Of a stretch of 64,000 nt of DNA, positions 1 through 8,622 are shown piece after piece (the stretch's first letter is position 1; every line of letters begins with the position of its first letter). The notes beneath the pieces are model-generated. The model was given only the letters and a program-made list of their open reading frames with translations. It was not told the DNA's origin and did not search any database. The position numbers and the translations under genes were made by a program. The stretch covers positions 5,804 through 69,803 of the forward strand of contig PGZC01000006.1 of assembly GCA_002839995.1 (NCBI GenBank), read 5' to 3'. This DNA is from Gammaproteobacteria bacterium HGW-Gammaproteobacteria-4. GTDB lineage: Bacteria > Pseudomonadota > Gammaproteobacteria > Xanthomonadales > Xanthomonadaceae.

Positions 1-647
1 GTACGGATGTGGACATCGAAGTGTGGGATACCGGCCCGGGGATACCGCCGCATCACCTGCAGCAAATCTTCGAAGAATTTTCCCGGCTCGATCAATCCTC
101 GCCCTGGGGTGAGCATGGTCTCGGCCTTGGCCTGTCGATCTGCCAGCGTATCTCGCGGGTGCTCGACGCCCCGATCCGGGTGCGTTCGCAGAGCGGTCGC
201 GGCAGCGGGTTCAGCATTCGTGTGCCGTGTGCGACCCGCGCGCCGACGCGCACCGCGCCGCGCGCTGTCAGTGCCGACGGGCTTGCTGGATTGCGGGTGC
301 TGTGCCTGGACAATGACCGCGAGATTCTCGATGGCATGCAGGCACTGCTCGCGCGCTGGCAGGTGCAGGTCGAAACCGCGGAAACCATCGACGACGCATT
401 GCGCTGTGCGGTGCAGCAACAGCCGCAGGTTTTTCTGGTCGATTTCCACCTGCATGATCGCGCCGACGGCCTTGCCGCGCTCGACGCATTGCGCGCTGCG
501 TGCGGCGACACGGGCACCGGCGCGCTGCTCACCGCCGATGGCAGCGACGCCCTGAAACAGCGTGCGCGCAGGCACGGTTATGTGGTGCTGACCAAACCGA
601 TCAAGCCGGCGGTCCTGCGCGCCTTTCTGGCAGCGCAGCGCAGTTAG
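1..647 (+). CDS. hybrid sensor histidine kinase, C-terminal fragment (HATPase_c + CheY-like receiver); 5' end outside window
   Basis: Frame of ORF 9..647 stays open to the window edge. Translation shows ATP-lid motifs (VWDTGPGIP, GLGLGLSI) followed by a receiver domain (RVLCLDNDREILDG ... VFLVDFHLHD ... LTKPIKP). Confidence 0.85.
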   Translation, partial: TDVDIEVWDTGPGIPPHHLQQIFEEFSRLDQSSPWGEHGLGLGLSICQRISRVLDAPIRVRSQSGRGSGFSIRVPCATRAPTRTAPRAVSADGLAGLRVLCLDNDREILDGMQALLARWQVQVETAETIDDALRCAVQQQPQVFLVDFHLHDRADGLAALDALRAACGDTGTGALLTADGSDALKQRARRHGYVVLTKPIKPAVLRAFLAAQRS

Positions 648-1321
648 TCGATCGCGTTGGGCTCTTCCGGCGGCAGCGGCACCGCGCCCGGATCGACCGC
701 CAGCCGTGCCGCCAGCAGCACCGCCTGGGTGCGATTATTGGCACCCAGCTTGCGCAGGATCGCGGTCATGTGCGCCTTGATCGTCGCCTCCGAGACATTC
801 AGCTCGTAGGCGATCTGTTTGTTGAGCAGGCCAGTGCTCAACATCGCCAACACCCGGAATTGCTGCGGCGTGAGTTCGCGCACGCGCTCGGCTATCTGCG
901 CTTCCTCGCCGTCGATGCCATGCGCCTGCGACACCTGCGGTGGCGCCCAACTGCCGCCCGCCAGCACCTCGGCAATCGCCTCGCGCATGTGCGCGGCATC
1001 CGCCGACTTGGGAATGAAGCCCGAGGCGCCATGATCGAGCGCGCGGCGGATGACGGTGGGTTCTTCGCGTGCGGATACCACGATCACCGGCAACTGTGGC
1101 TGGCTGCCGCGCAAATGGATCAGGGTGCTGAATCCATGCGCGCCGGGCATGTTGAGGTCGAGCAACAACAGATCGGCATCCGGGTGGGCATCGGCGAGCG
1201 CCAGCAGCGAGGGCGCGTTGTCCGCTTCGAGGATCGCGGCATCCGGCAGCAGCCGTTGTACCGCGCCGCGCAAGGCTTCACGGAACAGCGGATGATCGTC
1301 GGCGATCAGGATCGTGGTCAT
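644..1321 (-). CDS. NarL/FixJ (LuxR-type) two-component response regulator
   Basis: ORF 644..1339. Receiver N-terminus MTTILIADDHPLFREAL and C-terminal LuxR HTH (LTPQQFRVLAMLSTGLLNKQIAYELNVSEATIKAHMTAILRKLG). ATG at 1321 preferred over the non-ATG start at 1339. Confidence 0.9.
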   Translation of the reverse strand: MTTILIADDHPLFREALRGAVQRLLPDAAILEADNAPSLLALADAHPDADLLLLDLNMPGAHGFSTLIHLRGSQPQLPVIVVSAREEPTVIRRALDHGASGFIPKSADAAHMREAIAEVLAGGSWAPPQVSQAHGIDGEEAQIAERVRELTPQQFRVLAMLSTGLLNKQIAYELNVSEATIKAHMTAILRKLGANNRTQAVLLAARLAVDPGAVPLPPEEPNAID

Positions 1322-1393
1322 CGCTGGAGTATGCCGCAATTGCGGCAGTCATTCGCGGCGATGCATCGCCGCCATGGCGTGGAAGGAAACAGA

Positions 1394-1470
1394 TGGTGGC
1401 TATGGGTGGACTCGAACCACCGACCCCAGCATTATGAGTGCTGTGCTCTAACCGGCTGAGCTACATAGCC
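1394..1470 (-). tRNA. tRNA-Met (CAT anticodon), elongator-like
   Basis: Reverse complement reads GGCTATGTAGCTCAGCCGGTTAGAGCACAGCACTCATAATGCTGGGGTCGGTGGTTCGAGTCCACCCATAGCCACCA. It has a 7-bp acceptor stem GGCTATG/CATAGCC, anticodon loop CTCATAA, T-arm GGTGG-TTCGAGT-CCACC and an encoded CCA. It is very similar to E. coli elongator tRNA-Met. A lysidine-modified tRNA-Ile2 cannot be excluded by eye. Confidence 0.9.
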
Positions 1471-1605
1471 ACGGGGAGCGACGGCGCTCCGAGCGAGCCG
1501 GGAATTGTCCATGCGCCGGGGGTTGCTGTCAATGCGGAGGCGCTTGCCTTGTGCCTGGCGGTGTGCCGTGGCACAGTCGCGGATAATGAATTCGGAGTCG
1601 GTTCC

Positions 1606-2187
1606 ATGATCGATCCCGACGGTTTTCGTCCAAATGTGGGTATCGTGCTGTTGCATCCCAGTGGCCAGGTGTTCTGGGCGCGGCGCTTGCAGCGTGATGG
1701 TTGGCAGTTTCCGCAGGGTGGCATGAACAGCGACGAGACGCCGCTGGAGGCCATGTACCGGGAATTGCACGAAGAAACCGGGTTGCAGCAAGACCAGGTC
1801 GATGTGCTCGGAACCACCCCAGGCTGGCTGCGTTACCGCTTGCCGCGGCGCTGTCTGCGCGCCAACAGCAAACCGCTGTGCATCGGCCAGAAGCAGGTCT
1901 GGTTCCTGTTGCGCATGCTCGGCAACGATCGCGATGTGCGCCTCGATGCGTCGGGCAAGCCGGAGTTCGACTCCTGGCGTTGGGTGGATTTCTGGTATCC
2001 GCTGGAACACGTGGTCGCCTTCAAGCGGGACGTCTACTGGAGTGCTTTGTTGCATCTGGCGCCGGCCGCGGATGCGGTGGCGGCGGGTGCCGCGATCATG
2101 AATCGCCGGCCGGAGCCTCCGGCCGCGGTCGGGCCGGGAAATGCGTCGCGCGGGCTGTCGCGGGCCACTATCTCCGGTCGCTATTGA
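1606..2187 (+). CDS. rppH: RNA pyrophosphohydrolase RppH (NUDIX)
   Basis: Within ORF 1438..2187. ATG at 1606 gives [16 protein letters not shown]...[28 protein letters not shown] (Nudix box). The upstream part of the ORF overlaps the tRNA. Confidence 0.9.
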   Translation: MIDPDGFRPNVGIVLLHPSGQVFWARRLQRDGWQFPQGGMNSDETPLEAMYRELHEETGLQQDQVDVLGTTPGWLRYRLPRRCLRANSKPLCIGQKQVWFLLRMLGNDRDVRLDASGKPEFDSWRWVDFWYPLEHVVAFKRDVYWSALLHLAPAADAVAAGAAIMNRRPEPPAAVGPGNASRGLSRATISGRY

Positions 2188-2214
2188 CAAGCGTTCGCAT
2201 TCGCGTTCAAATAT
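2184..2214 (+). promoter_or_regulatory. possible sigma70-type promoter upstream of bfd
   Basis: Perfect -35 hexamer TTGACA at 2184-2189, followed by an A/T-rich -10 candidate (AAATAT, about 19 nt spacing). In between is the short direct repeat GCGTTCGC-ATTC-GCGTTC, which could be an operator. Weak evidence by eye only. Confidence 0.3.
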
Positions 2215-2242
2215 ACCTGCCGTTTCTGGCAGGAGTTATCCC

Positions 2243-2437
2243 ATGTACGTGTGCGTGTGCAATGGCGTGACCGAGCGCGATATCCAGCGTGCTGCACTGC
2301 TGGGTTGCGCCGATCTGGCCGAGCTCAGCGTGCGTACCGGCTGCGCCGGCACCTGCGGCTGTTGCGCCACAACCGCTCGGGAGGTGCTTGCCGATGCCGT
2401 CGCCACCCTGCGCCAGCCGCAGAGCGAAGCGGCCTGA
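2243..2437 (+). CDS. bfd: bacterioferritin-associated ferredoxin (Bfd, [2Fe-2S])
   Basis: MYVCVCNGVTERDIQRA...GCAGTCGCC: the characteristic CxC...CxxC Bfd cysteine pattern, located directly upstream of bfr. Confidence 0.9.
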   Translation: MYVCVCNGVTERDIQRAALLGCADLAELSVRTGCAGTCGCCATTAREVLADAVATLRQPQSEAA

Positions 2438-2549
2438 GAGAGTTTCCTGCGCTCGCCCGTGCCCGCCACGAAAGCGCGCTTCTTCGCTATAGTCACCATT
2501 CACACGAGCGTTGCCCGATGTGGGCGATGCGCTGCATGGGAGTGGCGAG

Positions 2550-3014
2550 ATGAAGGGCGATCCGAAGGTCATCGAGTTTCTCAACAAGGCGCTGTACAAC
2601 GAACTGGTCGCGATCAACCAGTATTTCCTGCACGCCAAGATGTTCGCCAACTGGGGCCTGAAGGCGCTGGCCGAGCACGAGCAGCACGAATCGATCGACG
2701 AGATGAAACACGCCGATCGGTTGATCGAGCGCATCCTGTTTCTGGAAGGCTTGCCCAACCTGCAAAATCTGGGCAAGTTGCAGATCGGCGAATCGCCCGA
2801 AGAGGCGCTGCAATGCGATCTGCGACTGGAACGTGAAGCATTGCCGACATTGCGCGAGGGCATCGCGCATTGCGAAGCGGTGGCCGATTACCCGAGCCGC
2901 GAACTGCTGGTGGCGATCATGGAGTCGGAAGAAGAACACATCGACTGGATCGAAACCCAGCTCGATCTGATTGCGCGGCTGGGCACGCAGATCTACTTGC
3001 AGAGCAAGCTCTGA
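2550..3014 (+). CDS. bfr: bacterioferritin
   Basis: [37 protein letters not shown]...[15 protein letters not shown]: a canonical Bfr sequence. ATG at 2550 within ORF 2511..3014. Confidence 0.95.
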   Translation: MKGDPKVIEFLNKALYNELVAINQYFLHAKMFANWGLKALAEHEQHESIDEMKHADRLIERILFLEGLPNLQNLGKLQIGESPEEALQCDLRLEREALPTLREGIAHCEAVADYPSRELLVAIMESEEEHIDWIETQLDLIARLGTQIYLQSKL

Positions 3015-3035
3015 GACGAACTGCCTTGAGCGCGA

Positions 3036-3686
3036 TCAGGGCAGTACGCGATCGCCCACGATCACAACATCGGCGCCGCGGCGGGCAAACAGGCCGACGC
3101 TGACCACGCCGACGATCTGGTTGATGTCGGTTTCCAGTGCCACCGGGTCGGTGATGTGCAGGTTGTGCACGTCGAGGATCCAGTTGCCGTTGTCGGTGAC
3201 CACGCCCTCGCGCCATGCCGGCTGGCCCCCGCGCAGCGCCAGTTCGCGCGCGACGTGGCTGCGCGCCATCGGGATCACTTCGACCGGCAACGGAAAGCGG
3301 CCCAGCACCGGAACCTGTTTGCCTGCGTCGATGATGCACACGAACCGCGTGCTGGCGGCGGCGATGATCTTTTCGCGCGTCAATGCCGCGCCGCCGCCCT
3401 TGATCAGGCGTCGGTGCGGGTCGCATTCATCGGCGCCATCGACATACAACGGCAGTGGGCCGACGGCGTTGAGATCGAACACCGCGATGCCCAGTTGCGT
3501 GAGCAACGCGGTGCTTTGCTCGGAACTCGACACCGCGCCTTCGATGCGATCGCGCATCCGGCCGAGGCCGCGGATGAAGTGGGCAACGGTCGATCCGGTT
3601 CCGACGCCGATGATGCTGCCTTCCTCGACGAACGCCAGCGCCTGTTCGGCGGCCTGGCGCTTCTGGGTGTCTGCATCGGTAGTCAT
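3036..3686 (-). CDS. rpiA: ribose-5-phosphate isomerase A
   Basis: 216-aa product starting [34 protein letters not shown]... with the DGADE and [11 protein letters not shown] motifs. The listed 381-aa ORF (3036..4181) is an upstream frame extension that overlaps the EVE gene. Confidence 0.92.
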   Translation of the reverse strand: MTTDADTQKRQAAEQALAFVEEGSIIGVGTGSTVAHFIRGLGRMRDRIEGAVSSSEQSTALLTQLGIAVFDLNAVGPLPLYVDGADECDPHRRLIKGGGAALTREKIIAAASTRFVCIIDAGKQVPVLGRFPLPVEVIPMARSHVARELALRGGQPAWREGVVTDNGNWILDVHNLHITDPVALETDINQIVGVVSVGLFARRGADVVIVGDRVLP

Positions 3687-4144
3687 GGGCTGTCGTGCTC
3701 CAGCGATAGGATGTGGTGGTATTGCGCCGGCGTCACCGGCATGACCGAAAGCCGGTTGCCGCGTCGGATCAGGGCCAGATCGCCCAGTTGTTCGGCCGCG
3801 TTGCGGATCGCATCGAGCGTGATCACGTGCTTGCAGCGGCGCACGAAGCGGATATCGACCAGCAGCCAGCGTGGATTCGCTGGCGTCGATTTCGGGTCGT
3901 AATAGGCGCTGTCCGGGTCGAACTGGGTCGGGTCGGGGTATGCGGCACTCGCCACTTCGGCGATGCCCGCAACGCCGGGTCGGGCGCAGTTGGAGTGGTA
4001 AAAAAGCACCTTGTCGCCCACCTGCATACCGTCGCGCATGTAGTTGCGTGCCTGGTAATTGCGTACGCCGCTCCACGGTTCGCGGGCAACCCTGGCCAGC
4101 GCATCGATCGAAAATTCCTCGGGCTCGGATTTCATCAGCCACAT
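3683..4144 (-). CDS. EVE (PUA-like) domain protein
   Basis: [52 protein letters not shown] is a typical EVE-domain N-terminus. The stop overlaps the rpiA start (ATGA). Confidence 0.85.
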   Translation of the reverse strand: MWLMKSEPEEFSIDALARVAREPWSGVRNYQARNYMRDGMQVGDKVLFYHSNCARPGVAGIAEVASAAYPDPTQFDPDSAYYDPKSTPANPRWLLVDIRFVRRCKHVITLDAIRNAAEQLGDLALIRRGNRLSVMPVTPAQYHHILSLEHDSP

Positions 4145-4181
4145 GGTGTACGCACCGCTCCGTGTTGTTGCGCGCCGGCAA

Positions 4182-4727
4182 TCAGCGCAGCCGGTTGAAG
4201 CCGCGCTCGGTGACCACGGCATCCAGTGGTACATCCCAGGTTTGCGCGGCGATAGCATCGACTTGCTGAAAGGCATAGCCGACACCGATCAGCAGCGGCG
4301 TTGACTGACCATGCAGGCGGAATGCGAAGCTGCGATCGTACCAGCCGCCGCCCATGCCCAGCCGGTTGCCATGCAAATCGAAAGCGATCAGCGGCAGCAG
4401 CACCACGTCCAGTTGGTTCGGCTCCAGACAATCGGCGAGCGCGATGTCGGGTTCGGGAATGCCATAACGGTTGGGCAGCAACTCCACCGATGCCGACCAC
4501 GGAGCGAAGCGCAGCAGACCTTCGGGCGCGAGGCGGGGCAGGAGATAGCACGCCGGTGCGCGAATGCGCGTGGCGACGGCGTTCAGCGGCAATTCGCCGC
4601 CGACCGCCCAGTAGCCGGCGATCTGGCGCGCGCCATCCAACACCCCGCTGTCGAACAGGCGTGTGGCGACGGCCTGCGCGCTGCGTACCCGTTCGGTCGC
4701 CGAAAGGGCGGCGCGGCGCGTCTTCAT
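4182..4727 (-). CDS. ygfA: 5-formyltetrahydrofolate cyclo-ligase
   Basis: MKTRRAALSATERVRSAQAV...LLPLIAFDLHGNRLGMGGGWYDRSF (MTHFS signature). ATG at 4727 is preferred because the ORF start at 4778 would overlap the predicted 6S RNA 3' end. Confidence 0.85.
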   Translation of the reverse strand: MKTRRAALSATERVRSAQAVATRLFDSGVLDGARQIAGYWAVGGELPLNAVATRIRAPACYLLPRLAPEGLLRFAPWSASVELLPNRYGIPEPDIALADCLEPNQLDVVLLPLIAFDLHGNRLGMGGGWYDRSFAFRLHGQSTPLLIGVGYAFQQVDAIAAQTWDVPLDAVVTERGFNRLR

Positions 4728-4757
4728 TGCGGCTCTCAGGGATTGCTGCGGGTGCAC

Positions 4758-4953
4758 TGAGAAAACATCCTCCGCCATGCCGGTGCGTGCGAACGACCTT
4801 GATCCAGAGGATCAGGTGGGGACGCGTCCAGACCATCAGGCTTTCCGCAACGGGGCGGACATGCACACAGGGCTGGGGTGACGCCCCCGGGGTCGCTTGT
4901 TAAGGGTCAAGGCAAATGTTAGCGCACGCTGCCAAACACGGCAGAGGATGCAT
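4758..4953 (-). ncRNA. ssrS: 6S RNA (SsrS), approximate ends
   Basis: Sits in the conserved zapA-ssrS-ygfA position. The minus-strand 3' portion CACCUGAUCCUCUGGAUCAAGGUCGUUCGCACGCACCGGCAUGGCGGAGGAUG resembles the E. coli 6S 3' end (…CACCUUGAACCAAGGGUUCAAGG…GCGGCGGCAUCUCGGAG). The 5' CAUCCUCUGCC…GCGUGCG pairs with the 3' CGCACGC…GGCGGAGGAUG to form the closing stem. A TATACT -10 box lies at 4963-4958. Confidence 0.65.
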
Positions 4954-5035
4954 GTGCAGTATAGCCTTTGCCGATGGTCTTTATGTGCCGCGACCGGGGG
5001 CGCCATCGTCGCGGCGAACGCTTCGCGGGGTTTCC

Positions 5036-5335
5036 TCAGGCCAGATGACTGGCCGCCAGCACATCATCCAGCCGCTGCGTCAGCCGGGATATGGCGGTTT
5101 CCAGCGCATTGTCGCGCGCGGCGTGGGTCCTGCTCACCTGCTGGAACTCGTGCGCGATATCCAGCGCGGCAAGAATGGCGATGCGGTCGATCGATGCCAT
5201 GCGGTTGCCATTGCGCACCTCGCGCATCTTTTCATCGAGCAGACGTGCGGCCGCAAGCAGGCTGTCGCTTTCGCCGTCGGCGCAGCCCACGGTGTATTCG
5301 CGGTCGAGTATGTGCAGGCTGACGGCCTCGCTCAC
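5036..5335 (-). CDS. zapA: cell division protein ZapA
   Basis: VSEAVSLHILDREYTVGCADGESDSLLAAARLLDEKMREVRNGNRMASIDRIAILAALDIAHEF is a typical ZapA. The start is GTG at 5335 (no in-frame ATG) and overlaps the stop of the upstream small gene. Confidence 0.85.
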   Translation of the reverse strand: MSEAVSLHILDREYTVGCADGESDSLLAAARLLDEKMREVRNGNRMASIDRIAILAALDIAHEFQQVSRTHAARDNALETAISRLTQRLDDVLAASHLA

Positions 5336-5550
5336 GGGTTTTGCTCCAGCGATTTGAGGCGTTGAATCATGGCGTCCACACGCGCGCGCGCCTGCTCGCT
5401 CTTGGACAGCAGGGCTGCCCGCTCGCCGATCAGATGTTCCTGGCTTGCGCGCAGACTGCGATTTTCCTCGCTTAGACGACGGCACAGATCGAGCACCTGC
5501 TCCAGGCGGGAGGTGAGGATTTCGATCGAGGTGGGCGTGGCGGCGTTCAT
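5332..5550 (-). CDS. small coiled-coil protein (ZapB-like / TIGR02449-type) upstream of zapA
   Basis: 72-aa coiled-coil ORF (LEQVLDLCRRLSEENRSLRASQEHLIGERAALLSKSEQARARVDAMIQRLKSLE), overlapping the zapA start. Confidence 0.7.
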   Translation of the reverse strand: MNAATPTSIEILTSRLEQVLDLCRRLSEENRSLRASQEHLIGERAALLSKSEQARARVDAMIQRLKSLEQNP

Positions 5551-5614
5551 GCGGTTGCCAACAATAGGCCGCGACGGCAGCGGTGGTCAATACGGCGAAA
5601 CGCGCACGAATGGA

Positions 5615-7945
5615 TCATTGCACGGATACCGGTTGCCAACTGCGCATGAACGCGAGGCAATGATGGGCATCCAGTGGCGGCGACAACCAGTATCCCTGGA
5701 TTGCATCGCAGCCATGGTCGCGCAGGTAATCCATCTGCTCCTGGGTTTCCACGCCTTCGGCGACCACCTTCAGACCAAGCGAATGGGCCATGGTGATGAC
5801 CGTCGCGGTAATCGCTGCATCGTCCGGGTCGCGGCTGAGGTCGCCGACAAACTCCTTGTCGATCTTCAGGGTGTCGATCGGCAGGCGCTTGAGATACACC
5901 AGCGAGGAATAGCCGGTGCCGAAGTCGTCGATGGCGATGGTGGCACCGATGTGGCGCAGCGTGTTGAGCGCATGGTTGGTCTGCTCGGCCTTGGCCATCA
6001 CCATGCTTTCGGTGATTTCCAGCTCGACGCGGTTGGCGGGCACTTGCAACTCGTCGGTCATCTGCACCAGCAGTTCGGGCAGGTTGGCGCGCAGCAACTG
6101 CAGTACCGAAACGTTGATCGCCATGGTGATGTCGGTCAAACCGCTATGGCGCCAGCGTTTGAGCGTGACCAGCGATTCGCGCAGCACCCATTCGCCAATG
6201 GGCACGATCAACGCGGTTTCCTCGGCAATCGGAATGAACACGGCCGGCGGGATCTCGCCGAGGTCGGCACTGTGCCAGCGCAACAGCGCCTCGACACCGG
6301 TGATGTTGCCGGTGGCCAGATCGAGCTTGGGCTGAAACAGCAGGCGGAACTCGCCGCGATCGAGCGCCTTGCGCAATGCGCCTGCCATCAGCGCGCGCTC
6401 GCGGGCGACCGCATCCATGGCCTCGGTATAGAGCTGAAACGTGTTGCGGCCGCTGGCTTTGGCCTGGTACATCGCGGTGTCGGCGCACTTGAGCAGATCG
6501 GTCGGTACCAGGCCGTGATCGGGATACAGGCTGATGCCGATCGACGGCGAAATGATCACGTCGCGTTGATCGTCGATGTCGAGCGAGGCGGTAAAGCTGT
6601 CGATGATGAGCTGCGCCTTGCGCTCCACGGCTGCGATGTCGTGGATGTTTTCGAGCACCAGCGTGAACTCGTCGCCGCTCAGGCGCGCCACGGTATCGTC
6701 GCTACCCACCGCGGCCAGCAACCGTGCCGCCACCGCCTTCAGAATGCGATCGCCGGCGGAGTGGCCAAGCGAGTCGTTGATGTCCTTGAACCGATCCAGA
6801 TCGAGAAACAGGATCGCCACACGGCTATCCTGCCGGCGTGCACGGACGATGGCATGGGCCAGCCGCTCCGAGAGCAGCGCGCGATTGGCCAGACCGGTGA
6901 GATTGTCGTAGTTGGCGAGGTAGCGCAGCTCCTGCTCGAAGCGTTTGGTGTCGGTGATGTCGGTGAGCACGGCCACGAAATGGCTGCGTTCGTGCTCGCC
7001 ATCGACGACCTCGGAGATTTCGATCTGGCCGAGGAATTCCTCGCCATCCTTGCGTCGCTGCCACATTTCGCCGGCCCAGCGGCCATGATCGACAAGCTGC
7101 TCGTGGATGTTCTGGTAGAACACCGGTTGATGCTGGACGCTGTCGAGCAGCGCACTGGAGCGACCGATGACCTCGTCTTCGAGATAACCGGTGATCCGCG
7201 AGAACGCCGGGTTTACCGAGACGAAGTTGAAGTCGAGGTCGATCACCGCTACTGCCTCGCCCATCGAACGCAGCACTTCGCTGGCGATGCGGCGTTCGCG
7301 CGCGACACGGCGGTCGTTGGAAATATCGCGCGCGGTGCCGGCAATTCGCGTTGGCTTTCCTTCGCTGTCGCGCGCGACGATTTTGCCGCGCGAGCGCACC
7401 CAGACCCAGGTGCCGTTGCTGTGGCGGACGCGATGCTCGGTTTCGTAAAACTCCGACCGCCCGTCCAGGTGCGCCGTGACGGCGGCCTCGACGCGAGCGA
7501 TATCATCAGGATGCACCTGCCGGTCGCGCCACACGTCGATCGGCACGCTGTCGTGAACATCGGTGGTACCAAGCAATCGGTCGGCACCGATGCGGTAGAG
7601 TTCATTGCGGACGATATCCCAATCCCAGAACTCGTCGCCGGAACCCCACAGCGCCAGGCTAAGGCGTTCCTCACGCTCGATTAACTCGCTGCTGTACTCG
7701 CTGCGCTGTTCGCGCAGCGCGCGGTGGGCGCTCCAGCGCAGCAACGCCAGTGCGGATACGAGCAGCGCCAGCAGCACCAGCAGCCATTCCAGACTGATCG
7801 CGAAGGTGTTGTCGCCGACGCCAGCGGTCGCAGGTAGCGGCGCTGCCAGCAAAACCCAGCACGCCGCACGACGCCAGCACTCCACTGCCACGCCGGCTGA
7901 TGCAGGCGCGGGGATATACGGACGCTGGGACGTGCGCGTGTTCAA
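5615..7945 (-). CDS. membrane-anchored PAS-PAS-GGDEF-EAL signalling protein (c-di-GMP turnover)
   Basis: 776 aa. Two PAS domains, a GGDEF domain with the degenerate motif RLSGDEF, and an EAL domain (EALLRW...ELEITES...DDFGTGYSSL...KIDKEF). The exact start is uncertain. Confidence 0.9.
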   Translation of the reverse strand: MNTRTSQRPYIPAPASAGVAVECWRRAACWVLLAAPLPATAGVGDNTFAISLEWLLVLLALLVSALALLRWSAHRALREQRSEYSSELIEREERLSLALWGSGDEFWDWDIVRNELYRIGADRLLGTTDVHDSVPIDVWRDRQVHPDDIARVEAAVTAHLDGRSEFYETEHRVRHSNGTWVWVRSRGKIVARDSEGKPTRIAGTARDISNDRRVARERRIASEVLRSMGEAVAVIDLDFNFVSVNPAFSRITGYLEDEVIGRSSALLDSVQHQPVFYQNIHEQLVDHGRWAGEMWQRRKDGEEFLGQIEISEVVDGEHERSHFVAVLTDITDTKRFEQELRYLANYDNLTGLANRALLSERLAHAIVRARRQDSRVAILFLDLDRFKDINDSLGHSAGDRILKAVAARLLAAVGSDDTVARLSGDEFTLVLENIHDIAAVERKAQLIIDSFTASLDIDDQRDVIISPSIGISLYPDHGLVPTDLLKCADTAMYQAKASGRNTFQLYTEAMDAVARERALMAGALRKALDRGEFRLLFQPKLDLATGNITGVEALLRWHSADLGEIPPAVFIPIAEETALIVPIGEWVLRESLVTLKRWRHSGLTDITMAINVSVLQLLRANLPELLVQMTDELQVPANRVELEITESMVMAKAEQTNHALNTLRHIGATIAIDDFGTGYSSLVYLKRLPIDTLKIDKEFVGDLSRDPDDAAITATVITMAHSLGLKVVAEGVETQEQMDYLRDHGCDAIQGYWLSPPLDAHHCLAFMRSWQPVSVQ

Positions 7946-8074
7946 CGGTTCAAGCGTTCATGTTCAGGGGCCATGCGCGAATCCATCGCTGTGAGTGTAA
8001 TTGCGCCACCCCCAATCGCCAAGCGTTGCGTGTGCCCTGTTAATATTTGTCCCAAAGCCGCCGGATCGATAATC

Positions 8075-8611
8075 ATGACCGACACCCCTCTGCCCAGTTA
8101 TGCCGCGGCGCTGTCCGAAATCGAGCGCAGCCGGATGGCAGTCGATGCGTCCGAATTGCACGGCTCGCTGAGCGGCTTCCTGTGTGCGGGCGGCGAGGCA
8201 GACCCCGCTGGCTGGTTGCATCGGTTGGCGCTTGAAGGCGCCGCCGGCGACGTGTTGCAACAACTTTACCGGGCGACTACCGAGCAATTGCAATCGCCGA
8301 ACTTCGGCTTCGAGTTGTTCTTGCCGGCCGATGAACTGGAATTGGAGCAACGCGCCGACGCGCTGGTTGCATGGTGTCGCGGGTTTCTTGGTGGATTTGG
8401 CCTGGTCGCCGGCAGCAGTAACGCGTTGACCGACGAATCGGCCGAGGCGTTGGACGATCTGGGTCGCATCGCGTCCAGTGCCTTCAGTTACGACGATCCC
8501 GACGCCGATGAAGCGGCGCTCGCCGAAGTGATCGAATTCGTGCGGGTAGCGGCGCTGTTGCTGCACGGCGATTGCGTGCTGCGCCGACAAACCCGCCGCG
8601 AATTGCATTGA
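8075..8611 (+). CDS. ygfB: UPF0149 family protein YgfB
   Basis: MTDTPLPSYAAALSEIERSRMAVDASELHGSLSGFLCAGG... lies directly upstream of pepP, as in the E. coli ygfB-pepP arrangement. Confidence 0.8.
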   Translation: MTDTPLPSYAAALSEIERSRMAVDASELHGSLSGFLCAGGEADPAGWLHRLALEGAAGDVLQQLYRATTEQLQSPNFGFELFLPADELELEQRADALVAWCRGFLGGFGLVAGSSNALTDESAEALDDLGRIASSAFSYDDPDADEAALAEVIEFVRVAALLLHGDCVLRRQTRRELH

Positions 8612-8622
8612 GCCGCACGTCC

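Noticed and set aside
3036-4181. 381-aa ORF suggesting a much longer RpiA
   Set aside because: Only the C-terminal 216 aa match RpiA. The N-terminal extension is low-complexity and overlaps the well-supported EVE-domain gene in another frame.
5369-7684. 771-aa plus-strand ORF. Similar long antisense ORFs: 8488-10059, 10056-11045, 11844-13124, 14164-15864, 22434-23204, 23000-24838, 24258-26045, 28368-29870, 31511-32863, 53220-55391, 55722-56558, 57291-59192
   Set aside because: Each lies opposite a gene with strong family signatures (GGDEF-EAL, PepP, HrpA, the hypothetical 14191-15894 ORF, Hyf-like subunits, SecB/GpsA, WYL, autotransporter, EF-G). Each shows the biased R/A/G/D/H composition of antisense frames.
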